Source: Callorhinchus milii (taxonomy: Eukaryota). Taken from it: 64,000 bases of DNA. Shown here one piece after another: positions 53,447 to 64,000 of the stretch. The position numbers and the translations under genes are program-made. The notes beneath the pieces were generated by a model. It did no database searches, had not been told where the DNA came from, and saw nothing but the letters and a program-made list of their open reading frames with translations. The stretch spans positions 89,654,001 through 89,718,000 of the forward strand of contig NW_024704743.1 in assembly GCF_018977255.1 (NCBI RefSeq). The letters run 5' to 3'. Position 1 is the first letter of the stretch. Each line of letters opens with the position of its first letter.

Positions 53447-53690
53447 AACAACAACAAGATTCCATTTATAAAGCGCCTTTCACGTCGGGAGGACGTCCCA
53501 AGGCACTGGACAGTTGGGTCAGGACCCGAGCATTGGGGGGAAATGGTCAGGGTGAGGGGAGGGAAGGGAGGGAGCGAGGAGGGGGTAGGGAGTTGAGAGG
53601 GGAGCTGAAGGCACGGTCAAAGAGAAAGGTCTTGAGACCAGCCTTGAAGGAGAAAAGGGAGGAGGCAAGGCGAAGGCACTGGGGATAGAG
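53447..53690 (-). mobile_element. Short L2 3'-end copy
   Basis: Matches the young L2 3' UTR and tail (...GACGTGAAAGGCGCTTTATAAATGGAATCTTGTTGTTG). Confidence 0.85.
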
Positions 53691-55639
53691 TAAGGCTTCT
53701 GGATCTGTTTATCTTTTAGTGCTATTGATTTCTTGGACGTCAAACATGGACAGACTATTCAGCCTATTGAGCCTGTTCCATCTATTGATGTTCTTGCTTT
53801 GCAATACATCTGCCCTAACCAGCATTCTACACTTGGGAGATTCAATATGGTTACATATGAATGCATTTTCAACATCAGTGAGAATCTATCAACAACAACA
53901 ACTTGCTTTTATATAGCGCTCCTCGGGCAGGGTAGCATCCCAGAGCACTTGACAGAGGTGGAGCACAACTCCGAGCCAGGGGGAGGTGACCATCATCACA
54001 CTGTTGCTTATTGCCTTGAGGGGCCATTTTGTCATTTTTGATGAATGTGAAGTGATACCAATGTAAAGCGATGCAATAAGATGAATACTATCACTTTCCA
54101 AGTATGGTAACGATCTTTCTCCCTTTTAAACACCTCCATCATCTTGATTTCTCCAATGCACTCCTCACCAGTCTCCCTTGCCACTCCTTCATCACTCTAG
54201 TCCTTGCCCAGGCTCCTTTGGCTTCCTGTCACAGAAGGGATTGATTTCAAGATTGTCACACTCACCTACAAAATCACTCATGCCAGAGTAATTTCTTACC
54301 TTTCCAACCAGCTCACATCCTATTCCTCGACCTGCCCCTTCAATCAGTTGTCTTGAACCATCTCCACATCCCCCAACCTCTCTGCTCCACTATGGGGGGG
54401 GGGCATCCTTTCAGGCAGTATGTCCAGAATCCCTGGAACTCTCTGCCTAAATCCTCTGCCTTGCTCCCTCTTTGCCCAGCTGCAGTTCACACTTATAAAC
54501 TTTTCTCTTTGACAGTGCTTATGATCAACTCCCCTTTCTTCCTGGTTCACCATCATACTACACCATTCTTCAGCATTCTGAGATCCTACCCCACATTTAA
54601 GTTGTTGCTGCCTTGATGACTTTCTGAAGTAGTTCATTCCGTATTCTCACAATATTTCTTTGAAGAAATATTTTCTAGTTACAAATAAATAAAAGCATGT
54701 ATGACTAATACAATAGATTTTTTCTAAAAACAAACATTCTATAAGAGATGTTTTATTCATTATTACAGAAGTGCCATAAGCAATGTACATGACAAAGAAG
54801 ATGATGGATATCAGAAAACAATTCCCTTTAAGGACATGAATCAGTTCAGATGATGACTTGGCTTTCATTTGGTTACATACATAATAAACTCCTGATAACT
54901 CAACCCTGGCTTAACTTGTCACTACAACTCATCATGATGTCAATATCCCCACCGCATTTATTTATGTATTTATACATATACCTACCTTGCTACTGAGCCC
55001 TTTTCCCTTGGGAGTAATGAGTTATCAGCAGTTTACTATACATGTTTGGTATTATCTGGTTGCACATTAAATGTATTACCAAAATGCATCATATAATAAT
55101 AATCTTTATATTTGCTATCGTGCCTTATCACACTGTCAAAACATCTAAAGTGCTTCACAGGATTGTACTGTAAAACACAGTGATTGTATTTGTAGCCAAT
55201 GAATGTGGGATTTTTCTGATCTGTATGGCTCACTGAAAACACACAGAGTGCCCTCTCAGGTGCCCTTTGGATCATCATCTGCATAAGTCTTCTAGCTAAC
55301 TTCTGTCTTGAACTATTGAGACACTTTGATGCATGCTTGTAATATATACCAAATCCTCCATGAATGAATCTTGCAGGAAGAGATCCCAAAATGTCAAGTC
55401 TCTACAAAGTGTGTATAGAGGAGAGAAATTAAATGTCTTGAAGTTTATACACATATATCATAGATACAGAGAGAAAAAGAGAAGAAATAAGTACAATTTC
55501 TCTTCTCCATACTATCCTTCTTTATAACAGCATTCTGATTAATCACAATATAAACACATTATAGCTATGGCACATATACTTCCATAATAAACATGTGTAT
55601 AAACCACTAAAGTACAATGATAGGTACATCCAGAGACAC

Positions 55640-63112
<7,473 letters not shown>

Positions 63113-63140
63113 CTAAAGAGGGACAAAGTCAAGAGGTTAT

Positions 63141-63655
63141 TACAACAACAACAACAACAACAAGATTCCATTTATAGAGCGCCTTTCACGTCGGGAGGAC
63201 GTCCCAAGGCGCTGTACAGTTGGGTCAGGACCCGAGCATTGGGGGAAATGGTCAGGGTGAGGGGAGGGAAGGGAGGGAGCGAGGAGGGGGTAGAGAGTCG
63301 AGAGGGGAGCTGAAGGCACGGTCAAAGAGAAAGGTCTTGAGACCGGCCTTGAAGGAGGAAAGGGAGGAAGCGGCGAAGGCACTGGGGGATGGAGTTCCAA
63401 AGCCTAGGGGCTGAGAGGCTGAAGGCCCGGCCACCGATGGTCGGGCGGTTGGGGCGGGGGATGTGGAGCAGACCGGAGCCAGAGGAACGGAGGGTACGGG
63501 CAGGTAAGTAGGGGGATAGTAGGTTGGAGAGGTAGGAGGGAGCGAGGCCGTGAATGGCCTTGTAGGTGAGGATGAGGATCTTGAAATCAATCCTCTGGGG
63601 GATGGGGAGCCAGTGGAGGCGAGCGAGGGTGGGAGTGATGTGGTCGCGGAGCCTG
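63141..63655 (-). mobile_element. 5'-truncated young L2 3' end
   Basis: [27 protein letters not shown] frame and (AAC)n tail. Confidence 0.9.
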
Positions 63656-64000
63656 GTTAGCCTATTAGTTCCAGATTCCAACATAATGGATCCAATTTAA
63701 CATGTTCATTGCACAACTTCAATGCAAACCATATAACCACAATGTAATACCTGTCTGGAATGAAACTGCATCTGGTGCAGTTCTGGACTGGACTATTCAG
63801 CAGATCGATTCTGATCAGTCAGCAGGATTTATACTTCCTGCTACTGGTTATTCTCCCAAGCTGTGTGACTATGTCTTTCATATTAAAAATAGCCCCTTCA
63901 ATGGTCTTGAGAACTATTTCCGATCAGAAGCTCAAATGGATTTGGATTGGCACTACCTGCTATCGTGCACCACTCCACATTAATTGTTCTTATTGAAAGC

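Overview
Eukaryotic (vertebrate) genomic DNA, most likely from a cartilaginous fish, judged from the CR1, L2 and DeuSINE repeat content. The ORF track is mostly retroelement or low-complexity noise. Exons mapped by hand (GT/AG boundaries) show a minus-strand tandem array of at least three copine-3-like genes (C2A-C2B-VWA). Copy A has its 5' half here and runs off the left end. Copy B is complete (15 coding exons, 535 aa). Copy C has its 3' half here and runs off the right end. The main signal is that C2/linker exons of the paralogs are only about 71-76% identical and introns are unrelated, while four VWA-domain exons of B and C are 97-98% identical. This points to domain-restricted gene conversion. 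Introns carry two near-full-length single-ORF L2-clade LINEs, many truncated L2 and CR1 copies, and two tRNA-derived SINE families sharing an L2-type tail. A G4/switch-like minisatellite lies just upstream of copy A's first exon. All identities are hand counts and repeat boundaries are approximate.
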